The notes beneath the pieces were generated by a model. The model saw only the letters and a program-made list of their open reading frames with translations, had not been told where the DNA came from and made no database searches. The position numbers and the translations under genes were made by a program. Source: a virus (Duplodnaviria > Caudoviricetes). Taken from it: a DNA stretch of 53,402 nt. Location of the stretch: positions 1 through 53,402 of the IMG/VR virus record IMGVR_UViG_3300029267_000987. One strand, given 5' to 3'. Shown in pieces: positions 1-8,254 of the stretch (its first letter is position 1; each line of letters begins with the position of its first letter).

Positions 1-1
1 T

Positions 2-169
2 ACCCTGAAATCTTATCTCCCTAAAACCACTATTATAGATTCTGAGATTTCCCTTTTAATAGATTCAGATGAGTTTGTTATAGACCACTATGATAATGAG
101 ATTCGATATAAAATAGTGAAGGAATTTCAGAAGGCCCACATACCTGTTTACACTGAAAATATTCAATAA
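2..169 (+). CDS. 3' end of a gene truncated by the window start
   Basis: Frame 2 is open from the edge (TLKSYLPK...YTENIQ) to TAA at 167-169; no start codon in the window. Confidence 0.45.
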   Translation, partial: TLKSYLPKTTIIDSEISLLIDSDEFVIDHYDNEIRYKIVKEFQKAHIPVYTENIQ

Positions 170-174
170 ACGAT

Positions 175-192
175 ACCTTTATATACCTATAT
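175..192 (+). promoter_or_regulatory. archaeal-type promoter (TATA box TTTATATA), copy 1 of an 18-bp repeat
   Basis: ACCTTTATATACCTATAT, identical to 48787-48804, upstream of ORF 283. Confidence 0.7.
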
Positions 193-282
193 ACTTATGT
201 GGGGGGTAATCAAAAATCCCCGATTTTTAGAAATAGATTAAACAATTAATCTGGGGTATGTAAATTTCAGAGGTGCAATCTT

Positions 283-603
283 ATGGATAAATTAGATAAG
301 GTTAAAGAGGTATTAGAGAAGAGGAAGGAGAAAGTGAACCAGAAAGATGGTAAGACCACATACGGGAAAGTCAGTGTTGTTTTTTATAGAGAAGGTGCTT
401 ATCGGACTCAGGATGGGGAGAAGGTTCCAATGGGTGGAGCACAGAATGGGAACTACGACAGGATATGTAAGAATCTAGATATACCTGACGATGACCCATC
501 TATTCTAGCAGATTGTCTTGAGGTTCTATCTGAGGACATAGCAACTGGCAGACTGAAGTATGTGAAGGAACCAGAGACAGATGAATCGGAGAATTCAGGT
601 TAA
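283..603 (+). CDS. hypothetical protein (basic N-terminus, acidic C-terminus)
   Basis: ORF track; GAGGTG RBS upstream; flanked by a promoter and a hairpin. Confidence 0.75.
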   Translation: MDKLDKVKEVLEKRKEKVNQKDGKTTYGKVSVVFYREGAYRTQDGEKVPMGGAQNGNYDRICKNLDIPDDDPSILADCLEVLSEDIATGRLKYVKEPETDESENSG

Positions 604-623
604 GGTGTTCTCCTGAACACCTT
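602..623 (+). terminator. hairpin (terminator or processing signal before the tRNA-like RNA)
   Basis: AAGGTGTTC-TCCT-GAACACCTT, perfect 9-bp stem; only a short T run follows. Confidence 0.45.
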
Positions 624-629
624 TCAACT

Positions 630-853
630 GGGCCAGTAGTTTAATTGGTAGAACGTTTCAGATTTTAGGATTGGAAGGTATTGAGCTTGGATGGAGATGA
701 AAAATCTGACGTGGAGTATGTTCTCATGCGAAACAATCAGATTTATTTGGTGAAATGTCGTGACGGCGACAGAGGAACCATCACCGGATAGCTTGATATT
801 ATGCGTAGTCCTAGTAGCTGAGACTTATACAGGTTCGAATCCTGTCTGGCCCA
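630..853 (+). tRNA. tRNA-like RNA with ~150-nt structured insertion in the anticodon arm (anticodon uncertain, possibly Lys-UUU)
   Basis: Acceptor GGGCCAG(630-636)/CTGGCCC(846-852); D-arm GTTT-AATTGGTA-GAAC; anticodon stem TTTCAG/CTGAGA; T-arm ACAGG-TTCGAAT-CCTGT; discriminator A853. Confidence 0.75.
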
Positions 854-883
854 CCCATTCTTATATATCTAAGGTGATTAAGT

Positions 884-1582
884 ATGTCTGTTCTAACGGT
901 ATCAGGTGAATCTTATCATAAGTGTAAGGGCAGATTCAAGAAGATGCTGAAAGAGGAGGGGATAAATTGGACAGGAACATTAGAATCACCTGAATGGAAA
1001 TCAACATCTGTTTTAATTAAAGCAGAGTTTATACGAGATGAAGAATCTGATAAAACTGTTCTTGCTAAGTTCAATGTAACAGGTTCAGGTGAGAGCTACG
1101 GTAAAGTGGTTCGATTCATCAAGTCAGAGATGGGAGCCAACTCTGATATTAAGAAAGAGTTTGATTCCCGTATGCATGATTTTCATATGTTTGAAGTTTT
1201 CTTCAGACCTAATATTCATGTCTTGAGGGTAAAGAATACACCTGAAGCAGTTATTCAGCAGGAGATGAAGAAGTATAATCAGAAGAAGAGAAAGAAGATG
1301 TTGGAGTTGGGAGTAGATAATGGTATGTTGAAGGGCCGTATGCCCTTAGAGCTACCCGAACCTATTCCATTATCTGTTCTGGAGAAAGAAGAGATAACTA
1401 TTGACTTCTCAGATGACCACAAAGAATGGGTGGAGAAATGTCAGGAACGTTCCAAGAAGAATACGGTAATAGATTCTGATAAGATAACAGAAAAGATAAC
1501 TGGTAAGAGGACTAAATCATCTAAGTCTAAAGCTAAATCTAATGCTAGAGCATCTTTACGTTCTAAACTGAAGAGGAGATAA
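884..1582 (+). CDS. hypothetical protein with basic C-terminal tail
   Basis: 232-aa ORF with AGGTGA RBS; ends ARASLRSKLKRR. Confidence 0.75.
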   Translation: MSVLTVSGESYHKCKGRFKKMLKEEGINWTGTLESPEWKSTSVLIKAEFIRDEESDKTVLAKFNVTGSGESYGKVVRFIKSEMGANSDIKKEFDSRMHDFHMFEVFFRPNIHVLRVKNTPEAVIQQEMKKYNQKKRKKMLELGVDNGMLKGRMPLELPEPIPLSVLEKEEITIDFSDDHKEWVEKCQERSKKNTVIDSDKITEKITGKRTKSSKSKAKSNARASLRSKLKRR

Positions 1583-1583
1583 T

Positions 1584-1781
1584 ATGGATTATGTAAACTG
1601 TTTCCAATGCTTAAAACAATTTATTCCAAGAGAGAAATCTATTCATCTTTGGATTGGATTAAACACTTACTTTTTCTGTTCAAAGGAATGTGGCAGAGTC
1701 TATCTTGAAGACCTTATATTAGAATATGAAGGAAGAATATCTGATATAAGACAACAGGCAATAGAGGGAGGAATATTATGA
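1584..1781 (+). CDS. small TRASH/MYM-like zinc-binding protein
   Basis: CxxC ... YFFCSxxC pattern; tightly packed in the operon. Confidence 0.55.
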   Translation: MDYVNCFQCLKQFIPREKSIHLWIGLNTYFFCSKECGRVYLEDLILEYEGRISDIRQQAIEGGIL

Positions 1782-2161
1782 ACTGCGATTTTCTGATGAA
1801 AGATGGGAGTTGTTCACACGAACAGATGAAGGGCCAATCAGGTTCGATGCGTTTTTGTAAGTTTATCAGAAGAGGTGAGAAATGCCCCGAAGGCCATATA
1901 AAATCTAACACAACAGCTCGTAGTGGTTCTAAACGAAAAGAGTTGGAGAGGAGAAAGGCCAGACAGTTGAACCGCCGTAAGGATAAAGTTTACAGGAGGA
2001 AAACTAGAGACAGACCTAAGATACATACTAGTAATCCTAAAGAGACTAGAGATATAGTTAATATGAATGAAGATACTCAGAATCATAGTAAGGAATCTAG
2101 GAGTATTACGAAGGGGAAAGGGGTAGCTAAGAAACGCCCAGTAGTCAGGAAGGACAGGTGA
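1778..2161 (+). CDS. Cys-rich, highly basic hypothetical protein
   Basis: N-terminal Cys/His cluster followed by an Arg/Lys-rich region; ATGA overlap with the upstream gene. Confidence 0.6.
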   Translation: MNCDFLMKDGSCSHEQMKGQSGSMRFCKFIRRGEKCPEGHIKSNTTARSGSKRKELERRKARQLNRRKDKVYRRKTRDRPKIHTSNPKETRDIVNMNEDTQNHSKESRSITKGKGVAKKRPVVRKDR

Positions 2162-2436
2162 GGAGGATGAACGAATCAGATTTATATAAAGTATATGAGA
2201 AGATGGGTTGTCAGTTGGAGATTAGGATAGATTCCAATGGGAAGGGACACGCTAAAGCAGAAGTCCGATTCCTAGCTGGCGACGCTTCCGCAGCATTACA
2301 AGTTATCGGTTCACTAATTGACGCAGGTATCAAGCGAGTATCTGAGCAAGACCCCTATGATGAGGGGGAAATCAACTTAGATGAAGTAGATGCAGACGAC
2401 AGCGATTTTGGACTGAAACGAAAAAAATATAGGTGA
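2158..2436 (+). CDS. hypothetical protein
   Basis: ORF coupled to both neighbours by GTGA overlaps. Confidence 0.65.
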   Translation: MRRMNESDLYKVYEKMGCQLEIRIDSNGKGHAKAEVRFLAGDASAALQVIGSLIDAGIKRVSEQDPYDEGEINLDEVDADDSDFGLKRKKYR

Positions 2437-2984
2437 AAACTATGGCAGATATAGAGCAGATGAATAAGAATAGAGAATCGGAGGACATAGACCCATCAGA
2501 GATTCCTATGAATCCTGATGAGTTTGAGGGCCAGTCTTTTGTAGCGAGAGTTCACGATGTTCTGACAACATCCGAATTTATCCTGAACTCAGATGGAGAA
2601 GCCATCAAAGAGAGGGGGAAGCATCCCCACGTGACCTGTCTACTAGAGACAGACTTCATGGAAGAGGGTGAGTATTATACCTGGAAGTGGAGAGTCTCTA
2701 ACAGCAAGAAGGGAACCCACATGAAAGTTCTTCAGGCAATAGGGAACGTGAAAGTTGTCTCTCCAGATGGGAAGGATACTGGACAGAGGGGGATAAAGGG
2801 ATTATCTTCTATTGGACAGCTGGTAGACCAGACCTTCAAGTTTGAGAAGCAGGACTTGCAATTTGGGAAGAACAAGCAGACTGGCGAAGAGTATGTCAAA
2901 CGAGATTTCCCGATGCCGATAGAGTATTATATGCCAGGCGAGGGAGATTCAGAAGATGAAGAAGAAGAAAAGGAGGAGGAGTAA
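2433..2984 (+). CDS. putative single-stranded DNA-binding protein (OB-fold-like, acidic tail)
   Basis: Beta-rich core, C-terminal DSEDEEEEKEEE, and position directly before a Sak4-like ATPase; fold inferred only. Confidence 0.45.
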   Translation: MKTMADIEQMNKNRESEDIDPSEIPMNPDEFEGQSFVARVHDVLTTSEFILNSDGEAIKERGKHPHVTCLLETDFMEEGEYYTWKWRVSNSKKGTHMKVLQAIGNVKVVSPDGKDTGQRGIKGLSSIGQLVDQTFKFEKQDLQFGKNKQTGEEYVKRDFPMPIEYYMPGEGDSEDEEEEKEEE

Positions 2985-2996
2985 TCAGATGAAAGG

Positions 2997-3032
2997 CCTG
3001 GTCTAGTACATCTAGGCCAGGTTATTTTTTTC
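2997..3032 (+). terminator. hairpin plus T-tract terminator
   Basis: CCTGGTCTAG-TACAT-CTAGGCCAGG followed by TTATTTTTTTT. Confidence 0.65.
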
Positions 3033-3049
3033 TTCTGGGTGGTTTCCTT

Positions 3050-4024
3050 ATGGGTAAGACAGCATCAGGAAAGGGTCTGCCAGTTAAACCCCTAATTGGT
3101 GGGGTAGTTAAGACTGAGCAGACATACGATTTTTCAGGACTTGATGATTGGATGGAGGAAACAGGTGTAGGTAAATCTGTTTGGTGTATCGCAGGTTACA
3201 AGGGAGCTGGTAAGACTGCAACTGTCTTAGATTTCCAGCAGGTCTACGATGGCGATATGCTATGTTTCTCTTATGACGGAAAGACTCAGAAGATAAAGAA
3301 TCTACGACATAAGGGCAACGATAAGATTCATGTTTATGATATACGGAGACTGTTCAACCGAGGCCCAGATGAGAGATTAGAATCTGGTGCTAAAGCAGTA
3401 GACATGATAATGGGAAAGTTATCCCAATATGAAGATGATGAATTAGATTGGGTCTTTCACGATTACATTGACCTGCTTCCACTATTGACAGAAATGAAAG
3501 CTAGGAAGAAGTGTGGCAAAACAGCTACACAACCTCTCAGCAAATACGATACAATGTGGAAGGACAGAAAAGCGTTCTTAGAAGATATACATCAAACATC
3601 TCTACGTAAATCTAAGTATGGTGTTTTCTATACTGGATACGTTATCAGGGATGATATTATAGTGGATGGGACAACAGTAACAACTGGAACTAGAAGGCCC
3701 AAGTGGGCAGGTATCATCGAAGCTGAAACTGACATAGTAGTTCTACTGGATGTAGAAGAGACACTTCTGAAGGATGGGACAGAGCATCATAGATTTGCTT
3801 TCATAGATTCATCCAAGGAGGATTACCCAAAGAACAGATGTTGGTATCGTTTAGATAATACTGAGGAGCTTAGGAAGTTCGTCAGAGGGGAAGGGATAGA
3901 GATTGATAGGAGTCCACCTAAACCAATTACTTTACCAGAGGTAAAAAGTGATTCGGACTCAGGAAAAGAAAAGGGTGTGACTTCTGATAGGAAACCACAG
4001 AAACCTAAACCGCTAGGTGTCTGA
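3050..4024 (+). CDS. P-loop ATPase, AAA_24/Sak4-like recombination protein
   Basis: Walker A GYKGAGKT, Walker B-like WVFHD, C-terminal RPKW...ETDIVVLL; next to the SSB-like gene. Confidence 0.65.
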   Translation: MGKTASGKGLPVKPLIGGVVKTEQTYDFSGLDDWMEETGVGKSVWCIAGYKGAGKTATVLDFQQVYDGDMLCFSYDGKTQKIKNLRHKGNDKIHVYDIRRLFNRGPDERLESGAKAVDMIMGKLSQYEDDELDWVFHDYIDLLPLLTEMKARKKCGKTATQPLSKYDTMWKDRKAFLEDIHQTSLRKSKYGVFYTGYVIRDDIIVDGTTVTTGTRRPKWAGIIEAETDIVVLLDVEETLLKDGTEHHRFAFIDSSKEDYPKNRCWYRLDNTEELRKFVRGEGIEIDRSPPKPITLPEVKSDSDSGKEKGVTSDRKPQKPKPLGV

Positions 4025-4301
4025 TAGAGGTGATTCAATGGAAGTAGAACTAGAGGGTGAAACTGAGATAGGTGAGTGTGAGATAAGCTGTCCACTCTGT
4101 AATGGGTTCGGAAGTCTGTTCAGAAAGACGACAGAGTATACAATAACTTATGGTAGACGAATACCCAGAACCAATTATGAGGAAATACCATGTCCCTGTT
4201 GTGGGGGAAAGCAGACTATCGAGACAGATGTTGGAGAACAGTATGTCTATCTAACAGGTGAGATAGATATAGAACCATCATACAATGAGGGGTATTACTG
4301 A
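4017..4301 (+). CDS. DnaJ-type zinc finger microprotein
   Basis: CPLCNGFG and CPCCGGK motifs. Confidence 0.6.
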   Translation: MSDRGDSMEVELEGETEIGECEISCPLCNGFGSLFRKTTEYTITYGRRIPRTNYEEIPCPCCGGKQTIETDVGEQYVYLTGEIDIEPSYNEGYY

Positions 4302-4477
4302 TGAATGAAGAAGAGATACGGGAATATGAATCTATCCCAAAGGAAGATAGGAAGAACTGGAGTGAGCCATTCAGTGAAGGACAGGTTGTAGATATTCTCG
4401 GAAAACAGATGCGAATCAAAAAAAAGATTAAGAAGCTTCGTGGAGAATTACATCTGGAAGTTTTAGATAAGAGGTGA
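4301..4477 (+). CDS. hypothetical protein (58 aa, not in ORF track)
   Basis: ATG overlaps the upstream TGA; MNEEEIREYE...EVLDKR fills the gap. Confidence 0.55.
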   Translation: MNEEEIREYESIPKEDRKNWSEPFSEGQVVDILGKQMRIKKKIKKLRGELHLEVLDKR

Positions 4478-4481
4478 TTAT

Positions 4482-4760
4482 ATGACTGGATATAACTTAC
4501 CACCAGGATGTAGTGTATCAGATATCCCGGGTAACAGACCTAGAGATGTAGCCTGGGACGAATGGTTCGACAGTGAGATTGATGGTGTCTGGGAGGAATA
4601 CCTAGATGGTATGTCTCATAAGTCAGCATACCATGACTATAAACACCGCTTTGGGAGCAATGGAGAATCTGCTTATGAAGAGTTAGAAGATTTCAAAGAG
4701 TATGCTGATGAACGATTTGAGGAAGAATATAACGAAAGCTATTGCAAAGGAAGGGGTTAG
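4482..4760 (+). CDS. acidic hypothetical viral protein
   Basis: AGGTGA RBS; N-terminal YNLPPGCSVSDIPGN. Confidence 0.65.
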   Translation: MTGYNLPPGCSVSDIPGNRPRDVAWDEWFDSEIDGVWEEYLDGMSHKSAYHDYKHRFGSNGESAYEELEDFKEYADERFEEEYNESYCKGRG

Positions 4761-5336
4761 ATGGGTCTGGATATAGAAGTCACTTGTTCCAGATGCGGAG
4801 ACCCTATGACGGATTCAGGTATTATATGTGAAGTCTGTCATACCCATATGAAAGCTGATGGGGCTGAAAGTGACATGATAGATAGTCTACAATATGAACT
4901 CCAAGCTAAGAAAGAATCCGAAACTCAAATGAAGTATCTGATGTCTCGTATGCAGGATGAGAAGGATAAGATGGAGGGAGAAATAAATGATGCACTATCA
5001 GAGATTGCATACTATCGAGACATATTTACTCAGATTAATATCAACCCTTCTCAATTCCACCTGAATGTAGATGACGATGGGCGTGTTGTAGTAGACAAAC
5101 GAGATGACCCTAATGCAGGTTTGAATCCTGAAGTGGGTCATATGCTAGATACTATTTCCCACCTAGAGCATAAGGTTTCAGTTATGAAAGAAACGATAGA
5201 GAGGGGGAAAAAGGCTAATAGAGCACTAGTGGATAGAGTAGCATGGTTAGAGAAGAAATTAGAGGGTGAAGCAGATGAGCAGAAAGATGAGAGTGAAGAA
5301 AGGAAAAAGACCAGGAAGGTTAAATCTCTGGTTTAG
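4761..5336 (+). CDS. zinc finger plus coiled-coil protein
   Basis: CxxC-x11-CxxC followed by heptad-like helices; ends KSLV. Confidence 0.65.
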   Translation: MGLDIEVTCSRCGDPMTDSGIICEVCHTHMKADGAESDMIDSLQYELQAKKESETQMKYLMSRMQDEKDKMEGEINDALSEIAYYRDIFTQININPSQFHLNVDDDGRVVVDKRDDPNAGLNPEVGHMLDTISHLEHKVSVMKETIERGKKANRALVDRVAWLEKKLEGEADEQKDESEERKKTRKVKSLV

Positions 5337-5640
5337 ACCTTTAACAGAGAGAGTCAAACAATCAGCTAGATATGGGATTCTCTTCATACTCAAATCTACA
5401 TGGAATGACCTGTTCAAGAATATCGAAAGAGCAGGGTTTAAGAAACACGCTAAGTCAAGAGGGTTCTGTGTCTGGTGTATTCAACCTATTACTCATCAAG
5501 ATGCTGCTTGGCAAATCTGTGACGATTGCCCTATCTTCGACCAAGGTTCTTTCATACATGGAAAGTGTCTGGTATCTGATACACCCTGTGGTGATTGTAT
5601 AGCATATAAATGGTTTGACCAGAATAGGAGGGTTCAATAA
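5266..5640 (+). CDS. Cys-rich zinc finger protein
   Basis: CxxC, CxxC, HxxC and CxxC in the C-terminal half; start codon uncertain. Confidence 0.55.
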   Translation: MKQMSRKMRVKKGKRPGRLNLWFRPLTERVKQSARYGILFILKSTWNDLFKNIERAGFKKHAKSRGFCVWCIQPITHQDAAWQICDDCPIFDQGSFIHGKCLVSDTPCGDCIAYKWFDQNRRVQ

Positions 5641-6083
5641 TGGATGAATTAAAGATTACTCAACTTTCAGATGAAGAGGTAATAGACTTAAATGAAATCA
5701 TAATGAAACACTATGACCCTGAAAAGAAACCTTATATTAGAATTATAGCTAATCAGGTTTATATAGTATCAGAGGATTACACTATCAATTTTACATCACG
5801 ATTCATTGAAGTATTTAGACAGGTTAAGGGATTAGATATAGTTCCTAACCAGATTGTAGAATCTCTCCGACAAGTAGTTATCCTAATGATGACGAGTCCA
5901 GAGTGGGCTAGTAGCTTTAGTCCCACTAAACATTTACCTGTGATAGATGAACCATTATCAGATATGGATGAAGAACAGGTGATAAGGGAAAGGAAGGCAA
6001 AGCAGATTAAGGATAAGAAGGTTAAGGAGAGAAGAGAGGAGATTAGAAAGAAGATGGGAAAGAAACCTAAATCTTTAGTTTAA
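5640..6083 (+). CDS. hypothetical protein
   Basis: TAATG-coupled ORF; basic tail ending KSLV. Confidence 0.7.
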   Translation: MDELKITQLSDEEVIDLNEIIMKHYDPEKKPYIRIIANQVYIVSEDYTINFTSRFIEVFRQVKGLDIVPNQIVESLRQVVILMMTSPEWASSFSPTKHLPVIDEPLSDMDEEQVIRERKAKQIKDKKVKERREEIRKKMGKKPKSLV

Positions 6084-6105
6084 GATAATAACAGATAGAA
6101 AGGAG

Positions 6106-6804
6106 ATGATATTTGTGAGCAGAGTGAAAGACAAACTAGGTGAAATATTTCGAGATGGGAAACGTTGTGAGAATAAACTTGTCTCTGAGAATGAGATTGT
6201 TATGGCTGTGGCGAAAAATGAACAATTCAGAGAACTGTTCAACCAACTGAATGTAGTTAAAACAGATAAGTTACCGAATATAAATGAGAACTTCAAGGCA
6301 GGGGCGACAGTAAACTTCAACGTGAATATGCTCATCGAGATACTAGAATTGGTAAAAGCGACAGGCGACCCATTTGTCCACATTGATTTCTCTTCAGAGG
6401 ATTATCCTATCAGGATGTGGACTCACTGGATGGACTTCTATGTGGCTCCAGGAGTTCTGAATGGGAGAGTGAATTGGGTTACACTAATGGAGAGAATCAA
6501 TAAGATACTACCAGAGCTGAAGGGGAAGTTGGAAATCCGTAGTCTAGTTCCACGTGTATTCTTCAGTCACAACTCTAGCAGAAGCGAAAGTTGGATGTGC
6601 TTCATAGAGTATCTAGAAGAAGGAGTAGACCAATATGGGCCACTATGGAATGGTTCAGGAAAGTCTATCGATTCTGCATTGAAGAATTTGACAGACTCTA
6701 TGATGACATATCTAGAGTTTCATGGAGAGATAGAGTGTCTTGAGATTCTGAAGGATGGGATTTCCAATGCCATTAAATCTGGCGGGAATGAAAGGACTCC
6801 CTGA
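6106..6804 (+). CDS. hypothetical protein with sliding-clamp-like N-half and HicB-like C-half (tentative)
   Basis: FNVNMLIEILE...VHIDFSSEDYPIR...DFYVAP resembles a PCNA/beta-clamp domain end; GSGKSIDSALKNLTDSMMTYLE resembles the HicB core. Confidence 0.45.
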   Translation: MIFVSRVKDKLGEIFRDGKRCENKLVSENEIVMAVAKNEQFRELFNQLNVVKTDKLPNINENFKAGATVNFNVNMLIEILELVKATGDPFVHIDFSSEDYPIRMWTHWMDFYVAPGVLNGRVNWVTLMERINKILPELKGKLEIRSLVPRVFFSHNSSRSESWMCFIEYLEEGVDQYGPLWNGSGKSIDSALKNLTDSMMTYLEFHGEIECLEILKDGISNAIKSGGNERTP

Positions 6805-8197
6805 CCAGTTATCTATATATGAGAGTTTAGTTAAGGAACAAGAAGTAGAGAACCAAAGGAGGCAGGTCAATAGAAACATACGGGAAATGGATAGAGATGA
6901 ATTTGTGATGGATATTTCTAACCCTCTATGGGATAGGATTCATAGACATCTGGGCAGACGTATGTTATTTGTCGATGAACTATGTCCACCACTTACAGCA
7001 TCTATCGGAGGTCATCTGGCTGACTTACATCAGGCTAATCCTGATGAAATACCTAACGGACACGAATGCCCATTCTACTTCTTTAAGGGTCAGGTTGAAG
7101 TCTTAAATATTCCCATTAATATCATCTCTCCAGCAGGTCTATCTAAGTCACATATGATGGCTCAATATTTTGAACGTAAGACTGGTATATGTCCAATAAG
7201 AGCAAAGTTTAGGGGTAATATGACAGAAGCAGGTTACGTAGGTAGAGAGAATTTAAGCACAGGTGAACCCACACCTGGTGACGCTTATGAGTTCAGAAAT
7301 GGGTTTCTCCTATTTAATGAGATATCTAATATAATGATAGCATCTTCAACTTCACATTCAGCTTCACTTATCAATCAGGTTATGGAATCATTATCAGAGA
7401 GAAGAGTTACGAAGAGGACAGGTGGAATAGACTTATCTTACGAAACTAGACTGACAATCTGGGGAGGTATTCAACCCCGAAGATTTGATTTCAGTCAGGG
7501 TCTAGGTCGCAGATTTCTTCACGTAACTAAAGCATGGACTCCAGATGATGTAGCTTTATTCAAAGAGGAAAGAGAGAGGGAGAAGTTATCTGGTAGAGGG
7601 TCTTTCACTGTTAATATGGATGAAGTAGAGCAGATAAGAAATGAGATTTCTGATTTATTATATAATGCTCAAGTCGAGAAAGTAGAATGGACTAATGAAA
7701 TCTATCAGTATATGAAGAAGAGAGCAATCGGACATCTTGATTTACAGATGATGGAGAGAGTTCTTATAGGAAAAGCATATATCAATCAGGGCCTGAATAC
7801 GATTATTAAGATTCACTCAGATAAATCTAATAAAAAACTAATAGATATGGTAGTTAATATGAATAAGATAGTAGCTGAGGGTGGAGATATATCGTTACTA
7901 CTATCTACTCTAGGTAAAACAGAAAAATCGAGAGACGCTCTATGGTTATCTTTCCGAAGATTCGGATACCAGTTTGTGCAATTCACAGCTTTACTTGATT
8001 CTGCTATTAGTCTACATCTAATAGGGAAGAAGTATGATAAGTCATCAGGTGGCTATACATATTACAGAATGTCAGATAAACCTAGTGATGGTGTAAATAA
8101 ACCTGGAAGGTCATCAGCCAGAAGACGTATAATAGATAAATTGAAGAAGAGGCAGGTTGAGGAGGACGCTGAGAAGTTTGACATATCGAAACTCTAA
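6755..8197 (+). CDS. mcm: MCM-like AAA+ helicase (likely start 6788)
   Basis: MCM-type motif order: SPAGLSKS (Walker A variant), TEAGYVG, PGDA...NGFLLFNE (Walker B variant), QVMESLSERRVT (presensor-1 region), GGIQP (sensor 1), GRRF (Arg finger), C-terminal wHTH-like segment. Confidence 0.7.
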   Translation: MGFPMPLNLAGMKGLPDQLSIYESLVKEQEVENQRRQVNRNIREMDRDEFVMDISNPLWDRIHRHLGRRMLFVDELCPPLTASIGGHLADLHQANPDEIPNGHECPFYFFKGQVEVLNIPINIISPAGLSKSHMMAQYFERKTGICPIRAKFRGNMTEAGYVGRENLSTGEPTPGDAYEFRNGFLLFNEISNIMIASSTSHSASLINQVMESLSERRVTKRTGGIDLSYETRLTIWGGIQPRRFDFSQGLGRRFLHVTKAWTPDDVALFKEEREREKLSGRGSFTVNMDEVEQIRNEISDLLYNAQVEKVEWTNEIYQYMKKRAIGHLDLQMMERVLIGKAYINQGLNTIIKIHSDKSNKKLIDMVVNMNKIVAEGGDISLLLSTLGKTEKSRDALWLSFRRFGYQFVQFTALLDSAISLHLIGKKYDKSSGGYTYYRMSDKPSDGVNKPGRSSARRRIIDKLKKRQVEEDAEKFDISKL

Positions 8198-8236
8198 CAC
8201 ATGGGTATATAACCGTATATCCGGTTGTTTCCTTTT
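8198..8236 (-). repeat. 39-bp tripartite motif, copy 1
   Basis: AAAAGGAAAC-N15-TATATA-N3-ATGTG on the minus strand, directly after the MCM stop codon. Confidence 0.7.
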
Positions 8237-8254
8237 TAGAGTTATATAGCATGG

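Noticed and set aside
630-853. Classical tmRNA or group I intron
   Set aside because: No G3-U70 alanine identity pair, a fully paired D-arm, and an insert that is short and lacks recognisable group I core elements. Kept only as a tRNA-like RNA.
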